From: Eledone cirrhosa
Lineage: Eukaryota
Reading direction: 5' to 3'
Assembly (NCBI GenBank): GCA_964016885.1
Contig: OZ024742.1
Location: forward strand, 247,876,001 to 247,940,000
DNA length: 64,000 nucleotides
The translations under genes were made by a program, and so were the position numbers. This document shows positions 1 to 12,979 of the stretch, piece by piece. Every line of letters begins with the position of its first letter. The first letter of the stretch is position 1. The notes under the pieces are model-generated. The model ran no database searches. It was not told the origin of the DNA and saw only the letters and a program-made list of their open reading frames with translations.

Positions 1-105
1 CAATTAGTTCACCATACCGAGAACTATTGTTTCACCGAACTGAGGATACGCCAAGGTGAAACAATTTTTCTCGGTATGGTGAACTAACTGTTGTGTTACC
101 ACTTC
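1..105 (+). mobile_element. Short fold-back element with hammerhead-like core (putative Penelope pLTR derivative), ending in (TA)n
   Basis: Arms 4-36 and 55-87 are near-perfect reverse complements. CTGAGGA at 40-46 and GAAAC at 58-62. Short unpaired tail 88-105, then (TA)n. May extend beyond the window start. Confidence 0.55.
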
Positions 106-1020
<915 letters not shown>

Positions 1021-1198
1021 GTTTACTCATCATCCTCAAGGAAATACATGATTTATTAGCCATCCTTTGTATTATTGACTCAAAGACGTAGTTCTTGTCA
1101 TCACTTCAGCCATAAGACATCTACACCATTAATTGAAATGTAGCTCAAGTGTATCATGTAATATTCAGTCACGCTGCCGCAGCAGCAGCAGCAGCACC

Positions 1199-1230
<32 letters not shown>

Positions 1231-1922
1231 GTTGGTCACCTGCTTAACAAAGAATGCACATTACCCTCGTCAGCGGAAATTAAACTTCCTGTCCGGTTCC
1301 AGCCACTATAATATCCATTGGTTTGTCGCCAATAACGTTGCTCGATGGGAGGAGAATTTTTCTGATTTGTTATTGCCGAATAAAAGTCCTGCACTTGTAA
1401 ATATATTTTGGCGTTTATTTCACTTAAGTTGATCTAGAAGTCCATAGTTCTCAGGCTGGACATATTCCCTAATGCTACTGCACGAACTAAAAACAAACAG
1501 TTTAGCAAAGTGATTTTATTTTTCTTGCCTCACCTTTACTTAATGTTCTAGCAATGAAATTTATAGGCCGGAGGTGTAATTATGTGAATAACAAAGCGAG
1601 TTTCCGTTGAGAGTCAGCCATATTGGTTGCTGTTAAATCTAGCCAAACATAGAGCATACGTGAGTGGATTAACGCGGGAATAATTAAGTTTAGTATTCTA
1701 GGAGCCTGAATTGCATAATATTAACTTTGTTATGCACCGTGCGTTGCTCCACAACTAATATATAATATAAGGTCAGTTTGATATATTGATGTATTGTTGA
1801 AGATGTACTGGGATCGAGCTGGTCAGGAATCTTTAAAACTAAAACATGAGTGTTTTAATATGAACACAGTGACGGCTAAATATATTATATTACTATATTA
1901 CAGGTATATGCTTGGGGCACCA

Positions 1923-1962
<40 letters not shown>

Positions 1963-2322
1963 TGTGTGTGTGTGTGTATGTTTGTCTGTGAATATATGTG
2001 TGTATATATGTAAATATATTTGAGATTGTGTGATATGTATGGATTTTAGAAAGGAGTGTACATGCACCTTCAAATAGGACGACATGCATTTGTACACACA
2101 TATATACACGCATTCAAAATACACACACGCCACACACAAATCAAATAGACACTCATACACTTACACCTATTTATATATGTACGAGGTTGGGAGTACGGCA
2201 TACAGATGTATAAAAAAAACTATGGAGAACTCATATTTCCGTCCAGTGAATGAATATATTCTGTTGCTATTCGCTTTATAAGTTGTTTTTATTTTATTAT
2301 TAGCAAAGATTTACACATACTC

Positions 2323-2597
2323 TGTTGTGCGAGAATACAACCCCCCCTCCCCCTGGCGAGAATGGGATAGACCACTACATATAAATAATAGCGACCTGAG
2401 TAAGCGGAAAATTTGGTGCTAGTTCTACGGTTCGTGTGTTGATAGTCAAAGTTGGAGCTCAAGTTCACAGTTCGAGTCGTTTAAAAGATTGTTGTTCCGT
2501 TACGTGTGGTTATTGCCATTTGTCTCGATTTTATTGTTATAACACTGTTACAGTGTATTCGTTTGTCCATAAGGACATAACATACTCTCGCACAATT
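2323..2597 (+). mobile_element. Possible solo LTR
   Basis: Begins TGTTGTGCGAGA and ends TCTCGCACAA (terminal inverted repeat; terminal CA not intact). TATA-like TATAAAT near 2380. About 275 bp. No clear TSD seen. Confidence 0.4.
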
Positions 2598-3224
2598 ATG
2601 ATGCATCATATCTATAGATAGATACGAAACAGTCGTTCTCAGATTTATACAACATAACCACATACATTTGTGTCTTTCATTCAGGTCTCTGTTGTCTGAT
2701 TTCAGAACGTTGCTGGATCAGCTTTTTGAGTTTTGCCGATAGATGAAGTATCCCTATAGGCTGGTGGATTAGTGTGAAGCCTAATTTGTAAGAGCAGTCT
2801 GTCCTATAACTTTAGGTCTTTACAGTAATGTCCTCGACATTATTAATACCAAGATATATTGACCTGCGTTTTTATTGGACAAGATCAGTGGGGTAGAGAT
2901 GACTGTTTTGATTCTATAAGGATCTGTCCGTCTGTTGTCTATATTTACTAGGTGCATATCCATGCTACTATGAAACTCATGGAGATAGCACTTATGGTAA
3001 ACTCACAAATTTAACACCCACAATTATAAGAAAAACAAATTGGTTACACTAAAAATTCTTCTTCTTCTTCTTCTTCTTCTTCTTCTTCTTCTGTTAAATG
3101 TCTATGCGTATTACAGTAGTTATTTTATAATTGTTTACTTGCTGCATAAATGTGCTTGATCGTGTTTGGGTGGCGTATTTTAAATTAGTCATTACTTGGT
3201 TAACCTTCCTTATGAACTTTGCAA

Positions 3225-3445
3225 GTTCATGGCAGGCGTCAAATATCTACGGCAAGTGGCAGAAAAATGGTAGAATTCCCGGTTTCCTGAACCTGAAAAG
3301 GTATCACTGCTGACAAAGGATCTCAACAACGAGGACACGTCAGATAAGTTCTAATCCCCATCTCTTCTGAAAGCAATATTTAATATTTTGCCTTAGGTGC
3401 TAGGAAGGAAGTTGGAGTTTGTCATTAGTGGTTTTGTCGGGTAAT
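3225..3445 (+). mobile_element. Degenerate Tx1 ORF2 (RT-proximal) fragment
   Basis: Translates to ...KWQKNGRIP..., followed by decayed sequence matching NWQQNGRIP...KDPNKGD...FKILAKVL of ORF2 48083..51502. Confidence 0.7.
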
Positions 3446-3499
3446 ACCCGATGCCGCCTCTCGAAAATTTTGTTCCTGCCTGCACTTGACCAAGTGCTG

Positions 3500-4188
3500 G
3501 CGAAACTTCAGTTGTTGAAGACATCAGATCAGCGATCCGTAGATCTCAATGTCGTCGAAAATGGGGCCTAGTGCGCGCGTGTTGGATATCCTAGTGTCTC
3601 TGATGGCAATAACATCTGATGGCAATAACATCTTGTTTCGAGGACGACCCCTACTCTCAGGGTGCTCATTTTGACAGGCTAAAAATGAGAGGAAAGGTTT
3701 ACTTATCCCTCGGGGTATTGTCAAGGTCAGATGGTTCGACCTCCAGGGTTGGTGTGGTTTCCATTGAGAACCCCTTTAAAAGCCTACTCGAGACATTCAC
3801 ATTAGGGGCCACCACGCCGTCGGGGGAAGCTCTCCCTAATGATTTTAAACTTGTTTACTCTATCCGCACATCAGCAGTGTCTTGGACACTTTGAAGGTGC
3901 GGATGCCAAAAGTCTCCCCCTCTTTCCAAATATCTTGTCTTCGTGTTACAAGGGCCATACGTTTTTTGTAACATGAAGTTGGGTGTTTCTGTTGGGTGGT
4001 TCTGTTGTTAGTGTCTGAGTGCATTTCCTTTTGCTGGGCATGAGTTGCGATTACGTCTCTATTGTTGGTGGTGGTTGTGTTTGTGTTGACGGTTGTGGTG
4101 TTGGTTTTATTGCAGGGAGTGAGAATACGTTTAGGTGTGAGTGTTGGTCTGTGTGGGTGTGTTTGAAAGGGAGAGAGAGAGAGAGAGG

Positions 4189-4257
<69 letters not shown>

Positions 4258-6660
4258 ATTGGTCATCACCTGGTGTCGTTGGTGTTGACAGTTCTATCAT
4301 TGTTACCGCTTTTGGTGATGTTGCAACTGATGACGTTGTTTGCTGCCGCTATTGTTGTTCTTGATCTCGTTTCTGTTTTCGCAGCAATAGAGTATTAAGG
4401 TCTTCTCTCTTCGGTCGAGGCTAAACACCTCTAATTTTTTTTTCTCCGCACAAAACGTGTCCTTTTGCCCTCCGCGATTACGTTTAGCACTATGCCAACC
4501 TGTAAGCCTAAGGTATCAGGTAGACTCTGTATCTGGGAGGTTTTAAATGGAGCACTAGTTCCATATTGGTTCCCAACCACAGTTCCCTGTCTAAGACGCT
4601 GGCCAGACTCCACCACATGTTATAACCTGGTGGGAAGCCAGGAACTTTACCCTTGCGGTCCTTCTTCCTTAGTAGGAAGGGTACAGTATAAAGTGGTCCG
4701 TTCGGACCACAGAGAGTTTCATGGCCAGATCTTTTCTCTTAAATAGCACTGAAATGGTTGCGTATTACCTTACCCTGGCAATGTGATCTACGTCGAGCAT
4801 TGGGTATTTCAGTGATCTTGCGCATTCCTGCTGTGGTTCTACTTGTGGGCGTCTGGATTTGCTGTTCACTGTTCTGTACATCAAGGTTCGTCTGTCCAAT
4901 GTCGCGAAAACCACGGGTGGGACGACTATGTCTACCCTTGATTTTTGCCACTTCATTAGAATGGCCGCTTGGGCCAAATATACCTTCGTTTACAAAGTTT
5001 ATTGTGATACTTTCCGTTGATTTTTTAGTGGTAGTTGATTTTTTAGTGGTAGATGTTTTTTTTTAAATTAATACTAGCAGTGGTATCCGGCATTGCACTG
5101 GATAAGGTATTTTGGAACGCGGGCCGCCAAAAGACCTAATCGTGGAAAACTGCATGCCTGGATAATATGTAAAGAAAATAAACCGAATACTCTCATGGCT
5201 GGATAATCTTTGAGATTTTCCTCGGTGAAGCAGGAAAAATGCAGTTTATCACCTAATGTGGGCCCTAGGGGATCAAGAAAATGAAATTTTGTTTTATGTG
5301 CATAATATGCCTTGAAATTTCGGGAAAAAATTGGCTAGAGGTAACGCCTCCAAAAAGCCCTAAAAAGCTGAAAAAATGAAGATTTTCACCTAATAAAAAA
5401 GTTTGATTTTCTTTGCTCACGGTATGAAGAAGAGACTGACTAATATATAGTTACAATTTCAATTGGTTTAACGTAACGCCTCAAAAATCCCCAAAAGCTT
5501 AAAAACGCAGTTTTTCACCTGAAACATAAGTAATACACATGTAAAGTTTGAAAAAATCGGTTGGATACTTCTCGAGTTTTAGGGATTCAAACTTACAGAC
5601 ACACACGCACACAGACAGACATACTCAGGGAAGTGACATAATGCAGACACCAGACATACAGACAGATATTATAATGGCGCGACGTTATATGTATGTATCT
5701 ATCTAAAAAGAGAAATACTAAGAATTATAGAGAGATCGCTAAATCGCCTAATGCGATCCCTAGGGCATTGTGAATTTGAAATTTCTTTTGCTCATGAAAC
5801 ATAAGTATTACATGTGTAAAAATTTGAAAACAGTCGGTCGGGTTATTCTCGAGTTTTAGGGATTCAAACTCACACACACACAGACAGACATCCTCAGTTT
5901 ATATATATATAGATATGCTATTTGTTGTGGACAGGACAGTGGTAACTTTGGAAATTCTATGTCGGGCATTACACAAGCGTCGAGACTATTGTCTCTGTTG
6001 TTGTCGCTGTGGCTGTTTCTTCCGCCATTGCTGCTGCTGGTAGTGTTATTGCCGCTGCTGCTGTTGGTGGTGACATTGCGGCTACTGACGCTGTTGTTAC
6101 TTATGCTACTGCTGTTGTTGGCGGTAACATTGTGGCTTCTGCTGCTGTTGCTGGTCGTACCATTGCGGCTGATGTTGCTGCTGATGTTACGTCTGCTGCT
6201 GCTGATGATGCTGCTGGTGTCATTACTGCTGCCGTTGTTGATGCTGTTGCTGGCGGAGTCATTGCGGCTGCTGCTGCTGCTTTTAACTCTGCTGCTGCCG
6301 TTGTTGATGCTGTTGCTGGTAGTGCCATTGCGGCTGCTGCTGCTGCTGCTTTTACCTCAGCTGCTGCCGTTGCTAGTGGTGCCATTGCGGCTGCTGTTGC
6401 TGCTGTTGTTACCTATGCTGCTACCGCTGCTGCTGCTGGTGTCATTGCTGCTGCGGTTGTTGATGCTGCTGCTGGCGGTGTCATTGCAGCTGCTGCTGAT
6501 AGCTGTGTTATTGCAGCTACTATTGCTGTTGTAATCTCTGCTGCTGCCAATATTGCCGCTGCTGTTGTCGCTGCTGTCGCGGCTGACGCTGCTGCTGCCA
6601 CTGTTGCTCTCGCTGCTGCCGCTGCTACCGCTGTTACCGCTGCTGCCGCTACTGCTGATG
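3500..6660 (-). mobile_element. Degenerate Tx1-type LINE 5' half (ORF1 plus start of ORF2), interrupted by (GA)n and a Helitron
   Basis: DVIAIRDTRISNTRALGPIFDDIEIYGS (3524-3620) matches ORF2 DVVAISETRISEARAFAPIFGGYDVYAS. TLMYRTVNSKSRR (~4850) matches ORF1 TVTYRTVSTKSRR. The (CAG/CAA)-rich tract 5990-6660 resembles the Ser/Asn-rich ORF1 N-terminus. Confidence 0.65.
5074..5913 (-). mobile_element. Non-autonomous Helitron
   Basis: On the minus strand it starts A|TC TATATATATAAACTGAGGATGTCTGTC and ends with subterminal hairpin CCAGTGCAATGCCGG plus CTAG|T. Homologous to 26726..27428. Has internal tandem subrepeats. Confidence 0.8.
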
Positions 6661-6719
6661 TATATGTTTTAGTCAGAGTCTTCCAAAGGATTTTGTCGGT
6701 CTTTCCTCCACTAACCCTG

Positions 6720-7500
6720 TATAGAACACCAAGGGATAGTTTCCTCTCGGCCCATTTCTGGGTGAGAGAGGCTACCCTGCTCATCACCTCGTTCCAGTTT
6801 TTGTACGTCTGGAGGTCGGACCGAACTAGAACCCTAGCAATTTAACCAGTCCGTCCGTCCAGCGCTCGACGATGTTATTGTACGCCATGGACCTGTCTTT
6901 CCAGGTGCTGAGCCGCAGGCCCACCGACTTTTCCTGATTGATCATTGCTCATGTCACCACCTCTTATTCTCTTAGGGATGTCCACTGAGGGAGGAACCTG
7001 GGTCACCCGGACCCTCGCGACTCGCTGGTCGCAGTATGTAGGCGCCATCACTATTTCATCACTGCGGAGTGGTATAATGGAGTGTGTGCTGGCTTCTTCG
7101 GGTGTAGCGAAGAGAACNNNNNNNNNNNNNNNNNNNNNNNNNNNNNNNNNNNNNNNNNNNNNNNNNNNNNNNNNNNNNNNNNNNNNNNNNNNNNNNNNNN
7201 NNNNNNNNNNNNNNNNNNNNNNNNNNNNNNNNNNNNNNNNNNNNNNNNNNNNNNNNNNNNNNNNNNNNNNNNNNNNNNNNNNNNNNNNNNNNNNNNNNNN
7301 NNNNNNNNNNNNNNNNNGAAGTTATCCATAGGCTGAAAGTTCTCCGGAAGAGAGCAAACAGCTGATTTTCTTCGATGCCCAGAATCTCTCCGAGAACCTC
7401 GTCGCTCTTCCCCTCCACTAGTCCTCTATAGAACGCCGAGGTGGATGTTCCACCGATACTGGTGCCCAGCTGGCAGATGGCAGTGAGCGCCTGGAGACGT
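6720..7500 (-). mobile_element. Rearranged Tx1 ORF2 fragments flanking an assembly gap
   Basis: SRVASLTQKWAERKLSL (6730-6790) and EGKSDEVLGEILGIEENQL (7330-7420) match ORF2 48083..51502 but are not in colinear order. Confidence 0.7.
7118..7317. other. Assembly gap (200 N)
   Basis: Run of n characters. Confidence 0.99.
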
Positions 7501-8097
7501 TGTGGTTGTTACTGTTGTTGATATTGTTGTCTTTGTTGTCATTCTTACTGTTGTTGGTGATTGTCGTTGTTGCTGTTGTCGGTGGTGTTGTTGTTCTTGT
7601 TGTTGTCATTATTGTAGTTGTTGTTGGTGTTACCGTCGTTGTTGTTGGTTCTGTTGTCGTTCTTGTTCATGACTGTATTTTTACTGTTTTTGGTAATGTC
7701 ACTGTTGCTGCTGTTGTTTATGTTGTCATTTTTATTTATATTAGTGTTTTCACTGCGGTTGGTGGTGTTGTTGTGGATACTGTTGCTGTTGTTGGTGCTG
7801 CTATTGGCGGTATTTCCTGAAGTGTTGTTACATTTTAAAATTGTTGCGAGAGGAGCAGCGTTATTAGCCTCAACGCTTAATCGCTATTGCACGACGGCAA
7901 ACTGAAAGTTTGGTGGCGTGACTCCAACATTTTATAATTTTTCGACCAAAATTTTCTTTTAAACACGCAAAGGTTAAATATTTGGGCCAAGAAGCCCAAG
8001 TATTATGGGGAATCCTTGAAAAACATTATTGCTGTTGTACCTCTAAAACTCTCACAGTGTTTAGTTTAAACGATGTCAAATCTAAACTATAATATAA

Positions 8098-8473
8098 TAA
8101 TAATAATTGTTTCTATTTTTTGGCGCAGGTCCGGCAATTGCCCAGTGCATTGCTGGTGCTTTGTTTTATCGACCCCGTATAATATAATAATAATAATAAT
8201 TGTTTCTACTTTTGGCACAAGGCCAGCAAATACCCAGTACATTACTGTTACTTTATTTTATCGACCTCGTAAGGATGAAAGGCAAAGTTAACCTCGGCGG
8301 GATTTGAACTCAGATCATAAAGGGCTGTAACTCTTTGCTGCAAAGCATGGTGTCCGACCATATACTGATACAGCCAATCCACCGCGCTTTAATAATAATA
8401 ATAATTGTTTCTACTTTAGGCACAAGGCCAGCAATTACCCAGTGCATTACTGGTTCTTTATTTTATCGACCCC
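8098..8473 (-). mobile_element. tRNA-headed Meta-domain SINE (full copy 8198-8385) with two flanking 3'-end partial copies
   Basis: Minus strand shows A box TGGC.GTATC.G, B box GAGTTCAAATCC, Meta-domain-like GCCTTTCATCCTTACG.GGTCGATAAAATAAAGTA, and tail GGCCTTGTGCCAAAAGTAGAAAC(ATT)n. Confidence 0.85.
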
Positions 8474-8489
8474 ATAATAATAATAATGA

Positions 8490-11400
8490 TAAGCAACAAG
8501 TCGAAACAAATTTCAAAAGTTTTGAAGGCAACAACCCCTACTTCCCCCGAAGCTAAAATCAAAACAACACAGCAGCAACAACACTAGCAACCGATGCTAC
8601 TGGCCTTGAAAAGCGGAAAACGTAAAGGAGAAAAAAACAAACAAGTCGAACATTCAAACATTACAATGAAACTTATGTTTATTTATTTATTTTTTTTTAA
8701 AATTATTTTTATGTATTTATTTGTTTATTTATGTTCGTCTACAGCGTGATAGAGCCACGCTAAAATCACCGGTGGTTATGTAAGCATACATTCACCAATC
8801 CTCGATATGAGTGTTTAAATGTCGAACCTAAACAGTTCGAATAACGGTGAAGAGGAGACTGGAACGTTATGTGACAGACTCTCACCCAGCAGGTGCTCCC
8901 TGTCCCAGCAGCAGAGACCTGGCTGTTATTCGAATACTGCTGGTGTTGGAGGAATAAGAAGAAGGAAAAGGACCAGAATCAATTGGACGAAAGAATTGAA
9001 TAGAACTGTTATGCAATGTTACCTGAAGAGTAACCCCAAGGAAAAAGGCTATAGGAAACGGAAGCATAACATCTGGAACGAGATTGGTCTAATTAAATTA
9101 GATGAACAAAAATTGGCCGGGCAGGCTCGGGTAATAAGAACTAATGGATGGATAAGTGAGCTGGAACTGGAAGCACTGAGCAGAGAGATTAGGTTGGAAA
9201 TGGAGAGTGGAGTATGCCAGGCAAACGAACCAGTGGGAAATGAAGGTGAAGAGGTTGAGAGAACCGAGGAAGCTTCCAAAGCAGACAATTATCTGTATGC
9301 TGAAATAAATAATATCTGGAACAAAGATACGGCCATTGAGGAAATGAATGCTGACGGGTTAGGACAAGATTTGGTTTATATCCTGAACTTAGTGGTAGAT
9401 GAAGTGAACAATGATAGTGGGAAACCTATGAACCTAAGATTTGTAGACAGGAAGAAGTTAAAAGAAACTAAAGCTAAGGTAAGCAAAGTCATCCCATACC
9501 TAGAGGCGAGGAACCATCACAAATGCAACAATATCCTAAAAGCAACAGCAAATGCGGCGAGGAAATTACTTGGCATAAAAGCGAGAGGAAACAACAAACA
9601 AGAAAGATCAGAACCTTGGGGGAAGAAACGACTGAATGGTCAAATCAGGGAAATGAGAAATGACATTGGAAAGCTTGAGTCCCTACTGAATGGGACACTA
9701 CAAAACATAGACACTAAAGATAGATTGAAAATAAAGTACAAAACTAGGAGGAAAAAGCTAAATATTATCATAGAGGAACTGAAGCAACGCATTGTAGCAA
9801 AGAGTGCAAAGATTAGGCGATATGAGAGCAGAGTCAGTCAGTATAGACAGAATCGTATGTTTGACAACAACCAGAAGATGTTGTTTGGACAGCTTGAAAG
9901 GAAAGAAAGAGGCAAGGACTTGATCTCTGAGGCGGAACATACTAAGACATTCTAGAGAGGAATATGGGAGCAGGATGTTAAACATAATGATCCGGCAGTG
10001 TGGATTGAAACAAACAGTAGAAAAGGAGATTAGTAGACAGGCACACTAACAAACTGATTTGAGTATCACAGTTGAAACTCTTAAGGGGCAGGCCAAAATA
10101 CTAAACAACTCGAAATCACCAGGCCCAGATGGTGTGCACGGGTATTGGATTAACAATATAACATCCCTCCAACCGAAACTGACAACCATGTTCTATGACT
10201 GCTTGATGTCAGGTGAGGTACCAGAGTGGTTGACAAAAGGTACAACAGTTCTGGTAATGAAAGACCGAATCAAGGGTAATGATGTTACCAACTATAGACC
10301 TATCACATGTCTGTCCGTAATGTGGAAACTGTTAACAAGCTATGTATCTGAGGAAATCTACCATAAACAACTTGACACCGGACGAACAGAAAGGATGCCG
10401 AAAGAAGTCCCGTGGTACAAAGGACCAGTTAGTTATTGATAAGATTGTAATGAGGAATTCCAAAAGGAGACACACTGGTCTTGCCATGGGATGGATAGAC
10501 TACAAAAAGGCATTCGGCATGGCACCTCATTCTTGGATAACCAAAATCCTAGAGGTCTTCAAGGTGGCAGATAACATCAGACAGTTGTTGATCAAAAGTA
10601 TGAAGTCCAGGAAAACAGAGTTAACATCGGGTGGAGATTCCTTGAGAGGCGTGAAGATCAAGAGAGTTATCTTCCAGGGAGATAGTTTGTCCCCCCTGTT
10701 GTTTGTCCTTGCCTTGATACCTCTTACCATTATACTGCGAAAAGTGAGAGCAGGATACAAGTTGGGAAGGGGAGTGCTTACCATCAATCCCCTCCTCTTC
10801 ATGGACGATCTTAAGCTCTTCGGAAAGACTGAGAAGGAGTTGGATGTGCTTGTTGACACTGTCTGTATTTTCAGCAGTGATATATGTATGCAATTTGGTA
10901 TTAGTAAGTGTGGAGTCCTAGTGATGAAGTGGGGTAAGTTGAGCAGAGGCAACGGAATCCATGTACCAACAGGTGAGATGATAAAGGAAATTGACACTGA
11001 AGAAGGATACAAATATTTAGGTGTTCTGAAGGCAGATGACATCAAGAACAAAACAATGAAGTGTTGATAAGATCTGAGTACATTCGGAGAGTAAGGAGCG
11101 TATTAAAATCACATCTGAACAGTAGGAATGCCATAAGTGCAGTAAATTCCCGAGCTGTGTCTAATATTAGGTACAGTGCGGGAATTCTGAGATGGAATGG
11201 ATATGAAGACTAGGAAGTCATTGACTATCTATGACATGTTCCACAAGAGGAGTGATGTCGATAGACTCTACTTAAGGAGATCTGAATGTGGAAGAGGTCT
11301 TATCAGCATAGAGGACTGTGTTCAGATGGAGAAAAACAACCTACACAAATACGTGACTGATAGTAGGGAGCCCATGCTCAGAATTGTACTGAAGGAGAGG

Positions 11401-12261
11401 ACAATAGACCAAGGGATGTCCAAGGAGGAAATAACAACGAGGAGGAAGAGCAACCTTCATGAAAAATCCCTTCATAGTACCTTGTTTTAGAAAACTGAAT
11501 TTAGAGACACGCAGACATGGAACTGGTTGAAAAGAGGAGACCTTAAAAAGGCTACAGAAGGAATGCTAATGGCTGCGCAAGAGCAGGCCCTCTAAACGAA
11601 GTGGCTGAAACACGATATTTAGAAGGAGGATCTGTGGAGAGAGAGAAGAGACTGTGGCTCACATTGTATCCGAATGTAAACACCTAGCCCAGGCTCATTA
11701 TAAAGGCTGGAGACATGATGTGATCTACTGGCACCTATGCAAAGTAAACAATTTACCACATTCTGAGAAGTGGTATGAGCATAAGCCAGAGTCGGTGAGA
11801 GAAAATGATCAGGTGAAGGTGCTGTAGGATTCCAGGATACAGACGGACAAGAAACTGGAACACAATAGACCTGACCTGGTGGTTTTGGACAAGGAAAAAA
11901 GATCGTGCCTGATTGTAGATGTAGCCTGCCCATTCGACACGAGAGTGCGAGAGAAAGAGAGGGAGAAAATTAACCGATAACAGGACTTAACATGTGAGGT
12001 AAAAAGGATTTGGAATTGCCATGAAGTCAAAGTGGTCCCGATTGTTATAGGCGCACTAGGTACTATCTCAAAGAGTTTCCAAGAATGGTTAAAGAAAATT
12101 AGTCCAGCCACGCTTTTTGGAACACTTCAACAGGCATGATTGCTGGGAACAGCAAGAATCCACCGATACGTCCTCAATATCTGAGGCTGCAGGTAGCGGC
12201 TTGATATTCATTTCAACAAACTTTCCAGTTAACTAACATCAATGCCTGAGACTCAAAGAAC
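8490..12261 (+). mobile_element. Degenerate full-length R4/Dong-like RLE retrotransposon, family A
   Basis: Fragmented ORFs 8819-9955, 10059-10439, 10342-11067 and 11197-11490 are colinear with 13307..16699. Multiple stops and frameshifts. Shares the 3' UTR and (AAT)n tail. 5' boundary approximate. Confidence 0.9.
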
Positions 12262-12315
<54 letters not shown>

Positions 12316-12979
12316 TTTTTAACATATTTAAACCATTTGTGAAATAACAACTCTTAGTACAAATGCTACGTAAAGCACCCGGCTTGAGCCCCAAAAAATT
12401 CGGACCCAAAATATATTGTTATAAGGCTCAAATATTCAAATATTCAACTTTGTATTGTACACTGTATATCCAAAAAAGAAAATGGCTATAAATGGAAGAA
12501 GAACCCCCCCCCCCCCCCCCTCCTCCTCTGTATACACTATATAGAACAGCCAAACTCACCAACACCAGAAACTAGATACACCACCCACCCTATCACCTGT
12601 GTACACTAAACCACCACCGATCACTACGGCCATCATTACAACCATTATCCCATCACCGCCGCCACCACCCCTTCACTCCTTCACTGCTGCCACCGCTACA
12701 GCACCATCGCTACAGTAATACGGTCACATCACCGCCACCACTGCCTCGGTATCGACATCACCACCACCACTGTCTCAGTATCGCTACCGCCGCCAGTCTC
12801 CCACTTCTTCTTTTAGCTGGCTGCTGCCACCACATTATAGAATCCCTACTGCTAAAAAAGAGGAAGGCATCAAAATATATAGATAGACTCAAAAGAAAAA
12901 AGAAAAAATAAACAACAAAAGCAGCACAGCAACAACAGTAAAAAACGAGAAAAACAGAGAAAAACAAAAACAAAAAAAG

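Noticed and set aside
5959-6845. Poly-Ala and poly-Leu ORFs resembling antifreeze or membrane proteins
   Set aside because: They are the antisense of a CAG/CAA-rich Tx1 ORF1-like low-complexity region.
8098-8473. Repeated ~75-bp units that might suggest a CRISPR-like array
   Set aside because: They are partial SINE 3' ends. The context is eukaryotic, with no regular spacers and no cas genes.
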